The notes beneath the pieces were generated by a model. It was not told the DNA's origin. It ran no database searches and saw only the letters and a program-made list of their open reading frames with translations. Shown piece after piece: positions 1 through 9,110 of a DNA stretch of 42,729 nucleotides. Numbering within the stretch: the first letter of the stretch is position 1; each line of letters begins with the position of its first letter. Source of the stretch: Methanothermococcus sp. SCGC AD-155-E23 (GTDB taxonomy: Archaea; AGJL01; Methanococci; Methanococcales; Methanococcaceae); NCBI GenBank assembly GCA_019561615.1, contig JAHEQA010000026.1, positions 1-42,729 on the forward strand. Direction: 5' to 3'. The position numbers were made by a program, and so were the translations under genes.

Positions 1-834
1 AATAAAAAATCTCGACATTACTGGATAAACCACCATAAAATAAATTCCAGGGATAACTAATAGAACCAAAATTAATCTATAAGCTGCATTGTACCATCCT
101 ACAACTTCATCTCCCTTTATATAGGAAAGCATAACTGAATCTATCCAATAGTAGATAGAGACAAAAATAGTAGTTAAAGCAAATGGATAGGCTTCTCTAA
201 GTATATCTCTCCAAAATATAAAATCAACTCCAATCTCTGGCTTCAAGAATTTCCAAAGTGTTACTATTATGTTATAAATTAGGATAATAAGATTTGCAAG
301 AAGATAAATTAAAGCGAAATATACCACATCAAAATTAAATTTTATACCTACTATTGCAAAAATCAAAAGTAGAACACTCTGTAGAATCTGTCCAATGGAT
401 ATAAATTCCATTTTTTCAAATGCCTGGTAAATACTGTAAAATAGGTTATTTATTCCTCCTAGGATTGTGAATATCGTTATCAAGTATACAACTTTTTTTG
501 TAATCTCTGGATATCCCAGTAGGTTTACTACAACAAACACTATTAAAAAGGTTAAACATCCAAATAATAACTTTAAAACAATTCCATTTGCTAGATATTT
601 ACCAGCTAAATTTTTATTCCTTGCAACTTCTCTGACAGTTAGTGGATCCAAACCAAAGTTGGCAATAACTCCAAATATTCCATTTAAGGCCAGTGCAAAT
701 GCTAGAATACCATAACTAGCTGGTCCAAGATATCTAGCAGTATAGACTGTATATAAAAATCCAAAAAACATACTGACTATTCTGGCTAGCGAAAGTACCG
801 ATAGATTTTTTAATATTCTTTGAATTTCCTTCAC
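1..834 (-). CDS. Flippase (Wzx/RfbX, polysaccharide biosynthesis protein); 3' end runs off the window
   Basis: Not in the ORF track because no stop falls inside the window. Manual translation from GTG at 834 gives MKEIQRILKNLSVLSLARIVSMFFGFLYTVYTARYLGPASYGILAFALA...FGLDPLTVREVAR...IYYWIDSVMLS...VGWYNAAYRL, typical MOP-superfamily flippase motifs. The frame stays open to position 1 and a purine-rich RBS lies upstream. Confidence 0.92.
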   Translation of the reverse strand, partial: MKEIQRILKNLSVLSLARIVSMFFGFLYTVYTARYLGPASYGILAFALALNGIFGVIANFGLDPLTVREVARNKNLAGKYLANGIVLKLLFGCLTFLIVFVVVNLLGYPEITKKVVYLITIFTILGGINNLFYSIYQAFEKMEFISIGQILQSVLLLIFAIVGIKFNFDVVYFALIYLLANLIILIYNIIVTLWKFLKPEIGVDFIFWRDILREAYPFALTTIFVSIYYWIDSVMLSYIKGDEVVGWYNAAYRLILVLLVIPGIYFMVVYPVMSRFFI

Positions 835-905
835 TCCAAATCCCCTCTCCTCTAAAATCAGGACCTAAAAATCTGTAAAAAACTTTATAGAAGAGGGTTT
901 TAATA

Positions 906-2099
906 TTAACTAAATTTTTTAAGTGACATATAAAATGCAAGTGTTTCCAAGTATACAGATCTAATCAACCATTTAAGATGGGAGTATACAAGATTATATA
1001 TCTCACTACCTCCTCTCACCTTAGCGATCATACCTGGTATGTCTAAACCTAATGGGCAATTCTCCTTACATTTCCCACAGCCTAGACATAACTTTAAATT
1101 AGACGTGCCATTATATAAAGCTGAAAGTAGAGCTAACCTCCCACCTTTATACTCATTACCAAAGGTGTTATAGGCTGGACAGTGAATAACACAGTTTCCA
1201 CAACTGATACAGTAGAACATCTCCTTAAATCCGTTATTTATAAGATAACTTCTCCTGTTATCAAGTAAAATTAAAGTTACCTCTTTGGGGTCATGTACTC
1301 CCTCAAACAACTTTTTCTCTATATCGGCGGTCTTACTGGTACCACTTACTATTTCTATAAAGGTTGGCACCACCTGTCCTGTTGCGAAGAATGTCTGAAT
1401 TCTTACAGCATTTAGAGCGTCATCTAGAGTTGGATAGAGTTTGTCAATTCCAGATAGAATTATCCACTTTCTCTGTCTTCTCAAGATCTCAAAGATATTT
1501 CCTTCGTTGTGTAATATTAGGACTGAACCCTCAGCAGATATAGCATTTGCACCTGTTATACCTACATTTGCCACTTCAATACTCTTCTTTATATCTTTTA
1601 ATAAAAACCTTACAACATCGTCGGTACTACTAAGTTCCACATTAAATCTTTCCTTAAGACCCTTAATTATCTGTTCTAAGGAGAGATGTGCAGCTGGAGC
1701 AGTGGGATGTGAGGGTTCCTCCTTCAAAAGCTGTAGAAGTCTATCACCTATATCAGTCTCTACAACATCAATACCAACAGATTCCAACCTCTCAGTTAAT
1801 TTTATCTCCTTAGAGACGTTTGATTTGGATTTCACTACTAACTCTTCCCCTTCAACTTCTTTTAAAATAACCTCTATAGCCTCCTCCCCATCTTTAGCAA
1901 ATACTACGTTAAATCCCTTATCCTCTAAATTCTCAACAGTTTTTTTCATCAATTCAAGGTTGCCAACACTCTCCTCCCTAACCTTTTTCAACCTTAATAA
2001 CCTCTCCTGTAAATCAGGGATTTTATGTATATTCTCCTCCTGCCTCTTCTTAACTAACTTAAAAGCCCTTCTCATTGCAAGTATACTGTAGGGATTCAT
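906..2099 (-). CDS. LUD-domain (LutB-like) iron-sulfur protein with two [4Fe-4S] motifs
   Basis: Contains VVKSKSN..EI, ETDIGD..LQL..E.PSH..PA.H, GITGAN, NEGN and SKTADIE motifs of LutB/LUD proteins, plus CISCGNCVIHCP and CLGCGKCKENCP. ATGA overlap with rfbD. Confidence 0.85.
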   Translation of the reverse strand: MNPYSILAMRRAFKLVKKRQEENIHKIPDLQERLLRLKKVREESVGNLELMKKTVENLEDKGFNVVFAKDGEEAIEVILKEVEGEELVVKSKSNVSKEIKLTERLESVGIDVVETDIGDRLLQLLKEEPSHPTAPAAHLSLEQIIKGLKERFNVELSSTDDVVRFLLKDIKKSIEVANVGITGANAISAEGSVLILHNEGNIFEILRRQRKWIILSGIDKLYPTLDDALNAVRIQTFFATGQVVPTFIEIVSGTSKTADIEKKLFEGVHDPKEVTLILLDNRRSYLINNGFKEMFYCISCGNCVIHCPAYNTFGNEYKGGRLALLSALYNGTSNLKLCLGCGKCKENCPLGLDIPGMIAKVRGGSEIYNLVYSHLKWLIRSVYLETLAFYMSLKKFS

Positions 2100-2944
2100 A
2101 GGTATCCCTTCTCCATCAGGTAATCTCTCAGGGCGTCCCTCCAGTGTCTCATCTCTATTCCATAAAATCTTATCTTTTCAATACTTAGAGCGGAGTTTTT
2201 AGGCCTCTTAGCCTTTGTAGGATATCTATCTGATGTGGTGGGATTTAACTTTGCATCAATGCCCGTGATTTCAAAGATCGCCTTTGCAAACTCATACCAT
2301 GTACAGAATCCATCATTTGTAACATGGTAAACTCCATAGGGCAACTTAGAAGAGAGTATCTTCTTTATGGCAACGGCAGCATCCTTTGTATATGTTGGAG
2401 ACATGGTTATATCATTCACCACGTATAACTCTTCTCCAGCCTTCCCCTTTTTAATCATGGTCTCAACAAAATTCCCACCTTTCCCACTTGCCCCAGCAAC
2501 CCCAAACAAACTAGAAACCCTTATTATATAATATCTATCACAGAGGGTCCTTGTTAAAAGTTCACCGGCATACTTACTTATCCCATATACATTTATTGGG
2601 TTTGGAATATCTTCCTCTGTATAGGGTTCTTCCTTGGAACCGTCGAAAACATAGTCTGTACTTATGTATACGTTAATCGCCCCTATCTCTTTACAGGTAA
2701 GTGCTACATTTCTGGCACCAATAGCATTTACTAGGAAGGCCTTCTCTGGGTTGTCCTCACATTCATCAGTTTTGTGATAGGCTGCAGTGTTTATTACAAT
2801 ATGAGGCTTTAGCTCCTTCAAGACCTCACAACTTGAGAGATCTGTCACCTCTATATCACTATGTGTCAGGGGGATTACCTCTTCAAAGACTTTAACAAGA
2901 TCTGAACCAAGTTGACCTGTGGCCCCTATTACAGCTACTTTCAT
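2096..2944 (-). CDS. rfbD: dTDP-4-dehydrorhamnose reductase
   Basis: GATGQLG, ISTDYVFDG, YGISKYAGE and AKRPKNS motifs. Confidence 0.93.
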   Translation of the reverse strand: MKVAVIGATGQLGSDLVKVFEEVIPLTHSDIEVTDLSSCEVLKELKPHIVINTAAYHKTDECEDNPEKAFLVNAIGARNVALTCKEIGAINVYISTDYVFDGSKEEPYTEEDIPNPINVYGISKYAGELLTRTLCDRYYIIRVSSLFGVAGASGKGGNFVETMIKKGKAGEELYVVNDITMSPTYTKDAAVAIKKILSSKLPYGVYHVTNDGFCTWYEFAKAIFEITGIDAKLNPTTSDRYPTKAKRPKNSALSIEKIRFYGIEMRHWRDALRDYLMEKGYL

Positions 2945-2953
2945 AGTGCCACC

Positions 2954-3511
2954 TTAGAATAACTCATCCCTTTCCATCAATTCCCTAAGTGTTGGCCATT
3001 TTTGATCCTTCTCTGAAAGTATTGGGTCCTCAATTGGCCAGGGGATATTCACATCTGGATCCTTCCAGATTAAACCTCCCTCGTAGTCGGGGGCGTACTC
3101 GTTATCCACTTTATAAACTACTTCCGCCTCTCCACTGAGTACTAGGAAGCCATGGGCAAAACCCCTTGGAACGTATAGCATATATTTGTTGTACTCTGAG
3201 AGTATGACTCCTATATACTTTCCAAAGGTGGGGGAGTTCTTCCTGAGGTCAACTGCAACGTCGTAGATAACCCCTTTAATACATCTAACAATTTTTGCCT
3301 GAGTGTAGGGTCCCTTTTGATAGTGTAGTCCCCTTAAAACTCCATACCTGGATTTAGAATGGTTATCCTGGACAAATTCCCCTTTTATCCCAGCCCTCTC
3401 AAAATCTGACTTCTTGTAGGTCTCCATGAAGAACCCCCTCTCATCTCCAAATACCTTTGGTTTTATAAGTACTACATCTGGAATTTCCAACCTCCTGAAT
3501 TCAAAGGGCAT
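2954..3511 (-). CDS. rfbC: dTDP-4-dehydrorhamnose 3,5-epimerase
   Basis: DERGFFME, QDNHS.S...VLRGLHYQ, DVAVDLR..SPTFG and GFAHGF motifs. Start moved to ATG 3511 behind a GGTGA RBS. Confidence 0.95.
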   Translation of the reverse strand: MPFEFRRLEIPDVVLIKPKVFGDERGFFMETYKKSDFERAGIKGEFVQDNHSKSRYGVLRGLHYQKGPYTQAKIVRCIKGVIYDVAVDLRKNSPTFGKYIGVILSEYNKYMLYVPRGFAHGFLVLSGEAEVVYKVDNEYAPDYEGGLIWKDPDVNIPWPIEDPILSEKDQKWPTLRELMERDELF

Positions 3512-3521
3512 GTTATCACCT

Positions 3522-4541
3522 CTAAAGAATAACACCTCTTAATTCAACTTCTTTTACAATCTTTTGAGCCTCAATCAAGAATTTGTACCAATCAACAGTC
3601 CTAGTTTTTATACTGTCTTTAACCCTACCTTCAACTAAGGCATCGTATATCTCTCTTGCACCCTCCTTTGGAGTATACTTTGGTTTAAAGCCCAATACAT
3701 CTCTTATTTTACTGAAATCCACCCTATATGACCTATTATCTGGAGAACCGTACCACTCGAAGTTAAATGGCAGTCCAATAGCCTCTGCAATAAGTTCAGC
3801 TAAGGGTTTTATCTGATAATTTTGCTCGTTACTTCCCACATTAAAGACCTCTTTATTGACTAAATCTCTTTCAGACTCTAAAACCTTTATAAATGCCCCT
3901 GCTGTATCCCTTATATGGACAAATGGTCTCCACTGGGTCCCATCCCTCATTATAGGTATTTTTCCATGTTTATAGAACCCTAAAACCATACCGTTTATAG
4001 CTAAGTCAAATCTCATCCTTGGAGATAGTCCATAAACAGTGGCCTGCCTTAAGACAGTTACAGAAAAACTGTCATCTGCAAGGGGTAGAGTTTCCTCTTC
4101 TGCTAATGCATTGGCTTTAGCATAAGTAGTTAAGGGATTTATTGGAGACCTCTCATCCACTACTCCATCCTGGAATCCATAGACACTACAGGAAGAGGCC
4201 AGAATATACCTTTCAACCTGGTATTTTTTCGATAAGGTAGCAACCCTTACCCTCCCCTTGTAGTTAATCTCCATAGTCTTCCTGGGATCCAATTCACCGG
4301 CTGGGTCATTTGAAAGGGCTGCTAAATCCATGACAGTGTCTACATCCCTTAGTATGTTGGGATCAAACCATCTTATATCGTCCTTTACTATCTCCAGGTT
4401 TGGATCCCCTAAAACATTTGAAAGTGTCTCCATACCAAAGAAAAATCTATCGAGACATTTTACTTTATACCCCTTTTCAAGCAACATCTGGACTAAGATA
4501 GAACCTATGTATCCTCCACCACCTGTAACTAAAACTTTCAT
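3522..4541 (-). CDS. Extended SDR NAD-dependent epimerase/dehydratase (not canonical RmlB)
   Basis: TGGGGYIG Rossmann motif, DLAALSNDP, ASSCSVYG and RPFVHIRD. The catalytic motif reads YAKAN and the RmlB STDEVYG motif is absent. Confidence 0.85.
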   Translation of the reverse strand: MKVLVTGGGGYIGSILVQMLLEKGYKVKCLDRFFFGMETLSNVLGDPNLEIVKDDIRWFDPNILRDVDTVMDLAALSNDPAGELDPRKTMEINYKGRVRVATLSKKYQVERYILASSCSVYGFQDGVVDERSPINPLTTYAKANALAEEETLPLADDSFSVTVLRQATVYGLSPRMRFDLAINGMVLGFYKHGKIPIMRDGTQWRPFVHIRDTAGAFIKVLESERDLVNKEVFNVGSNEQNYQIKPLAELIAEAIGLPFNFEWYGSPDNRSYRVDFSKIRDVLGFKPKYTPKEGAREIYDALVEGRVKDSIKTRTVDWYKFLIEAQKIVKEVELRGVIL

Positions 4542-4587
4542 TGTTTTTCACCCTCCTGTTTTTAAATAATTTTTTAAATTTTATTAT

Positions 4588-5466
4588 TTAAAACTCCTCC
4601 CCTATCCTCTTCAAGTATTTTCCATACTCTGTTTTCATCAGGGGTTCAGCTAACTTCAGGAGGTCCTCCCTACTTATCCACCCATTCCTATATGCAATCT
4701 CCTCGATACACCCTACCATCAATCCCATCCTCTTCTCAATAGCCTCTATGAAGTTACTGGTTTCCAGGAGGCTCTCGTGGGTACCTGCATCAAACCATGC
4801 AGTACCTCTAGGTAGTAACTTCACCTTTAACTTTCCCCTTCTCAAGTACTCGTTGTTAACATCTGTAATCTCCAACTCCCCCCTCCAGGAGGGTTTCACA
4901 TCCTTGGCTATCTCTACTACATCGTTGTCGTAGAAGTAAAGACCTATTACGGCGTAGTTAGAGGGGGGATTTTTCGGCTTCTCCACTATCCTCTTTACAT
5001 GCCCCTCACTGTCAAATTCAACTACTCCGTATCTCTCGGGGTCCCTTACATACTGTCCAAATACCATGGCTCCCCCTTCCCTCATCACCTCCTCCTTGGC
5101 CTTAAGGAGGAACTCTGTCAAACCACTGCCGTAGAGTATATTATCCCCAAGTACTAGGCATACACTGTCCTCGCCGATGAAGTCCTCCCCTAGGATAAAG
5201 GCCTCCGCGAGACCCCTTGGCTCCTCCTGCACCCTGTACTCTATATTGATCCCTATATGACTCCCATCCCCCAGGAGTTTCTTAAACCTTGGTAGATCCT
5301 CTGGAGTACTTATCACAAGGATATCCCTTATCCTGGCCAACATCAGTATAGAGAGGGAGTAGTATATCATGGGCTTGTTGTAGATAGGCAGTAGATGTTT
5401 ATTCCCTGCATAGGTTATGGGATAGAGCCTTGTCCCAGAACCTCCTGCCAGGACAATACCTTTCAT
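4588..5466 (-). CDS. rfbA: Glucose-1-phosphate thymidylyltransferase
   Basis: [30 protein letters not shown] and WFDAGT motifs. Confidence 0.95.
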   Translation of the reverse strand: MKGIVLAGGSGTRLYPITYAGNKHLLPIYNKPMIYYSLSILMLARIRDILVISTPEDLPRFKKLLGDGSHIGINIEYRVQEEPRGLAEAFILGEDFIGEDSVCLVLGDNILYGSGLTEFLLKAKEEVMREGGAMVFGQYVRDPERYGVVEFDSEGHVKRIVEKPKNPPSNYAVIGLYFYDNDVVEIAKDVKPSWRGELEITDVNNEYLRRGKLKVKLLPRGTAWFDAGTHESLLETSNFIEAIEKRMGLMVGCIEEIAYRNGWISREDLLKLAEPLMKTEYGKYLKRIGEEF

Positions 5467-5550
5467 TCTATATCACCAAAAATGTGTTATAATAATTAAT
5501 ATAACTCCTAAATTATAATAATGTGTTATAAAATTCAAAAAGTGAGAATC

Positions 5551-6945
5551 ATGAAGTCTATAATTTTGGCGGGGGGCGTTGGAAGTAGGTTGTGGCCTCT
5601 AAGTAGGGAGCACTTCCCAAAGCAATTTATAAAGTTTGACTCCTTTGACAAGTCCCTCTTCCAGATGACCTTTGAAAGGTGTCTAAAACTCACTGAGAAT
5701 CCAGATGACATCTATGTAGTTACCAACCAATTACATAAATTCCATGTTATGGGACAGATCGAGGAACTGGGATACAGGGATTTCAATAAGGAGAATATTC
5801 TCGTTGAGCCTGAGGGTAAAAATACCCTCCCCGCTGTATACTACGGGATAAAGAGTATAAGGGAGAGGGAAGGGAGGGACTGTATAGTTGGGGTGTTCCC
5901 CTCTGATCACCTGATAAGGAGAGAGGACGAGGAGAGATTCATAGACACTGTAAAGAGAGGTGTTGAGATAGCAGAGGATTACCTTGTAACCTTTGGTATA
6001 AAACCTAGAAAACCTCACACAGGATACGGTTATATAAAACCCTCCAGTAAAAAACTGGGGGAGATAGGATATCTCGTAGAGGAGTTTAAGGAGAAACCTG
6101 ACTTGGAGACTGCAAGGAGGTATATTGAAAATGGCTACCTCTGGAACAGTGGGATGTTTCTATTTAATACAGAGGTATTTGAGGAGGAGTTAAGGAGGCA
6201 CTGTCCTAAGGTCTACGAGGCCTTTAAACTGGAGGATATTAAGGAGATATACTCCAAGATTCCAGATATATCCATAGATTACGGTATCATGGAGAAGTCA
6301 GATAGGGTGGGGGTTGTCCCCCTGCATATTGGATGGAACGATCTAGGTAGCTTTGACGCCTTCTTCGATGAGTTTAAGGGGGATGGAAATGGGAACATCC
6401 TATTTAGTGAGGGGATGGTACTCAACTCAAAAAACAACCTTGTAAAAACTGAGGGTAACAAGTTGGTCTCCCTTATAGATGTGGAGGACCTTATAGTGGT
6501 GGATACCCGAGATGCCCTTATGATCTGTAAGAGGGAAAGCTCCCAGAAGGTAAAGGAGGTATTCAAGAGGTTAAAGGAGAAGGGGGATGAGAGGGCACTC
6601 TACCACAAGACTGTATATAGGCCATGGGGCTCCTATACGGTGTTGGAGGAGGGGATGTTCTACAAGATAAAAAAGATAAAGGTACTCCCAGGGAAGAAGT
6701 TAAGTTATCAACTTCACCACCATAGAAGTGAGCACTGGATAGTGGTAAGGGGGATGGCAAAGGTTGTGGTAGAGGGTAAGGAGTACTACCTTAGAAACGG
6801 GGAGAGTACCTTTGTCAAAAGTGGTTTAAAACATAGGTTGGAGAATCCTGGTTTAATACCCTTGGAGGTTATAGAGGTGCAGATAGGGGAGTATCTAGGG
6901 GAAGACGACATCGTTAGAATAGAGGACGACTGGGGTAGGAAGTAG
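5551..6945 (+). CDS. manC: Mannose-1-phosphate guanylyltransferase / mannose-6-phosphate isomerase
   Basis: ILAGG.GSRLWPLSR...PKQF, PSDH, F.EKP, WNSGMF and SIDYGIME, with a C-terminal cupin (RPWG, HHHRSEHW, GEDDIVR). Likely start is ATG 5551. Confidence 0.93.
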   Translation: MKSIILAGGVGSRLWPLSREHFPKQFIKFDSFDKSLFQMTFERCLKLTENPDDIYVVTNQLHKFHVMGQIEELGYRDFNKENILVEPEGKNTLPAVYYGIKSIREREGRDCIVGVFPSDHLIRREDEERFIDTVKRGVEIAEDYLVTFGIKPRKPHTGYGYIKPSSKKLGEIGYLVEEFKEKPDLETARRYIENGYLWNSGMFLFNTEVFEEELRRHCPKVYEAFKLEDIKEIYSKIPDISIDYGIMEKSDRVGVVPLHIGWNDLGSFDAFFDEFKGDGNGNILFSEGMVLNSKNNLVKTEGNKLVSLIDVEDLIVVDTRDALMICKRESSQKVKEVFKRLKEKGDERALYHKTVYRPWGSYTVLEEGMFYKIKKIKVLPGKKLSYQLHHHRSEHWIVVRGMAKVVVEGKEYYLRNGESTFVKSGLKHRLENPGLIPLEVIEVQIGEYLGEDDIVRIEDDWGRK

Positions 6946-6953
6946 GTGAATAG

Positions 6954-7475
6954 ATGGTCAGCAGGAGATCCCTGGAGCGTATACTCACCCTCCTCCTGGG
7001 AATACTACTTATACTCTCTATTTTTTTAACTGTCTATCTCATCTATGCACCAAAGGTTGGAACGAGACTTACAGAGTTCTACATATTGAACAGTGAGTAC
7101 AAGGCATACGACTATCCAACGGAGATCTATGCAAATAAATCATACATAGTAATAATTGGAATTAGAAACTACGAGTATAGGCCTATGAAGTACAGGGTAT
7201 GGGTGTTCCTCTCAAACAAGACCTACGATTACAACTCCACCATCGATGTGACACCAGAGAACAGATGGAATGGTACCTTGAGTTACAACAGTGCACTTAC
7301 AAGGGAGGTGTTCCTGGAGCACAACGAGAGGGTATTCATCCCTTTAAACTTTACAGTGGATACCCCTGGAAGACATAGAATTGTATTCCTCCTAACAGTT
7401 AACAACAGTAGGAAAGTTTATAGAAGTCTTCACCTCTGGGTGGAGGTCTCCAAACCTCCTGAGGATTTGATATAG
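6954..7475 (+). CDS. DUF1616-like membrane-anchored protein
   Basis: One N-terminal TM helix, TEFYILN....A.DYPT, IGI.N.E and C-terminal YRSLHLWVEV, all characteristic of DUF1616. Confidence 0.75.
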   Translation: MVSRRSLERILTLLLGILLILSIFLTVYLIYAPKVGTRLTEFYILNSEYKAYDYPTEIYANKSYIVIIGIRNYEYRPMKYRVWVFLSNKTYDYNSTIDVTPENRWNGTLSYNSALTREVFLEHNERVFIPLNFTVDTPGRHRIVFLLTVNNSRKVYRSLHLWVEVSKPPEDLI

Positions 7476-7493
7476 GGTTATCCCCTTGGAGAG

Positions 7494-8285
7494 ATGTTCA
7501 TGAAAAGGGGCATTGACATTCAAAGTATAAAGAGGGTATCAGGTATTTTACTAATGATCTTTGGAGTGGCACTTCTCATTAACGGATATTTAAAAGATAT
7601 GGTATATCTCATAAACTTGGGAGTAGGGTTAGTGGTTGTTGGATGGATTCTCCTGATATTTACTTTTGAGAGGTATATAGAGTACAGTATTGTCTCCCAC
7701 GTACTAGATGACTATATAGAGCTAGTTAAGAGGCTGATTAAAGGTCTGAATATAAAGACAGGTGCTGTGATTATACCCCCAGGGGAGAATTTAAAACATG
7801 GCTGTATATTCCTACCCTTTCATGAGAACTTCAAGGTAAATCTTAGTATAATGGATGACTACACACTCTTTGTAAACTCAGATAACAGGGATGAGATGGG
7901 TATCCTACTCCCTCCCTTAGGTAGGGGGTTGAGGAGGTTGTTAAAGAAGTACAGGGGTGAGTACAGCACCTCCCTTGAAGATAGGGATATAAACCATCTA
8001 TTGGAGGACTTGGAGTATCTCTTAAGTCTACTTGCAATAGGTGGAGATGTTAAAGTGGAGATGAGGGGGGACGAGATAATAATAACCTATAAAATAGGGG
8101 ATAACTCCCTGTGTAAAAGACTTCAAGAAGAGGACCTCTGTAGAAGGTATCCATGTCCTGTATGTGGCGCCCTAGTGTTAACTGTCGCAGAGTTTCTAAA
8201 TAAGGTGTTGAAGATCGAGGAGATAAAAGAGGAAAATAGGAAGGTGCTTATTAAGTTAAGGATTATAAGGGATGTTTTGGAGTAG
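7494..8285 (+). CDS. Hypothetical membrane protein with two N-terminal TM helices and a C-terminal Cys cluster
   Basis: 263-aa ORF in an operon with short gaps. Hydrophobic N-terminus and LCKRLQEEDLCRRYPCPVC motif. Confidence 0.75.
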   Translation: MFMKRGIDIQSIKRVSGILLMIFGVALLINGYLKDMVYLINLGVGLVVVGWILLIFTFERYIEYSIVSHVLDDYIELVKRLIKGLNIKTGAVIIPPGENLKHGCIFLPFHENFKVNLSIMDDYTLFVNSDNRDEMGILLPPLGRGLRRLLKKYRGEYSTSLEDRDINHLLEDLEYLLSLLAIGGDVKVEMRGDEIIITYKIGDNSLCKRLQEEDLCRRYPCPVCGALVLTVAEFLNKVLKIEEIKEENRKVLIKLRIIRDVLE

Positions 8286-8293
8286 GTGGGGTT

Positions 8294-8536
8294 ATGAAGT
8301 ATAAGTTAATATTCTTGTTGATGTTGACTTCCTCTGTAATATTTTTCTCTGTCTTAGTTGGGGATGTGGAACTCTTCTTTATCTTACTCCTTATAACCTA
8401 CCTACTACTGTACTCACTATTAGGTCCATACTTCAATAGGAGGATTAAAAGTAACCTAGATATAGCACTCTACCTAGGTATTGGGGTATTTACAGTCATA
8501 GTCTTTCAAAAGGTATTGGAGATACTTAGTCGTTAA
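8294..8536 (+). CDS. Small hypothetical membrane protein (about 3 TM)
   Basis: 80 aa, strongly hydrophobic, GGTGGGG RBS, 8 nt after the previous stop. Confidence 0.7.
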   Translation: MKYKLIFLLMLTSSVIFFSVLVGDVELFFILLLITYLLLYSLLGPYFNRRIKSNLDIALYLGIGVFTVIVFQKVLEILSR

Positions 8537-9110
8537 TCTTACTAAATCTGTAGAGTAGTAGGTAGAGACCTGTGAAACCTAGAAGTATGGAGATCTGGGA
8601 TCTTGGATAGGAGAGTATATCTGGAAAACATATGGAAAGGATATATACTAAAATTATTGGAATTAGAACACCTAGGAAGATTTTTACTACGGTGTCTACC
8701 TTAGGTATGTTATCCTTAAAGTTTAGATAGATGGCGTAAATTAAAAGTAGGGTGTAGGTCAAGATTAGAGGGATCTCACCCCCTATATTCAAGATAGTAA
8801 GTATTAGAGGGGTTGAGAATATCCCAAGTAATTTAAGATCTAAGTTAAAGTCCCTCTTTAACAGGGCATCCAGGTAGAGAACTGCAGGGAGTATAACAAA
8901 TAACGTTGTATATATTATATCTAGGGAGAATAGGTCCTCAACCAATAGTAAGTTGGATAGCCATAGAAGGGTTATCAAATATACCATAAATCCCCAAAAT
9001 TTCTTAAGATAGGCCAGTATCAAAGACACTATTATACCAAGGAGTATATAGTGCTTGTAGGGAATGTCAAGAAAGATTATACCCTCTAGGAGTAGTAGCA
9101 ACCTGTACAT
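8526..9110 (-). CDS. Hypothetical polytopic membrane protein
   Basis: 194 aa, about 6-7 hydrophobic segments, overlaps the end of the DUF58 gene. Confidence 0.7.
   Translation of the reverse strand: MYRLLLLLEGIIFLDIPYKHYILLGIIVSLILAYLKKFWGFMVYLITLLWLSNLLLVEDLFSLDIIYTTLFVILPAVLYLDALLKRDFNLDLKLLGIFSTPLILTILNIGGEIPLILTYTLLLIYAIYLNFKDNIPKVDTVVKIFLGVLIPIILVYILSICFPDILSYPRSQISILLGFTGLYLLLYRFSKIND

Noticed and set aside
467-940. ORF-track entries 467..715 (+) and 734..940 (-)
   Set aside because: They are an antisense ORF and an off-frame shadow of the flippase that starts at 834.
1441-2091. 216-aa + strand ORF and similar antisense ORFs (15139..15612, 23830..24318, 37756..38127, 39907..40344 and others)
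   Set aside because: They lie wholly opposite well-supported genes, have the Ser/Leu/Phe/Ile-rich composition typical of reverse-strand shadows, and show no motifs.
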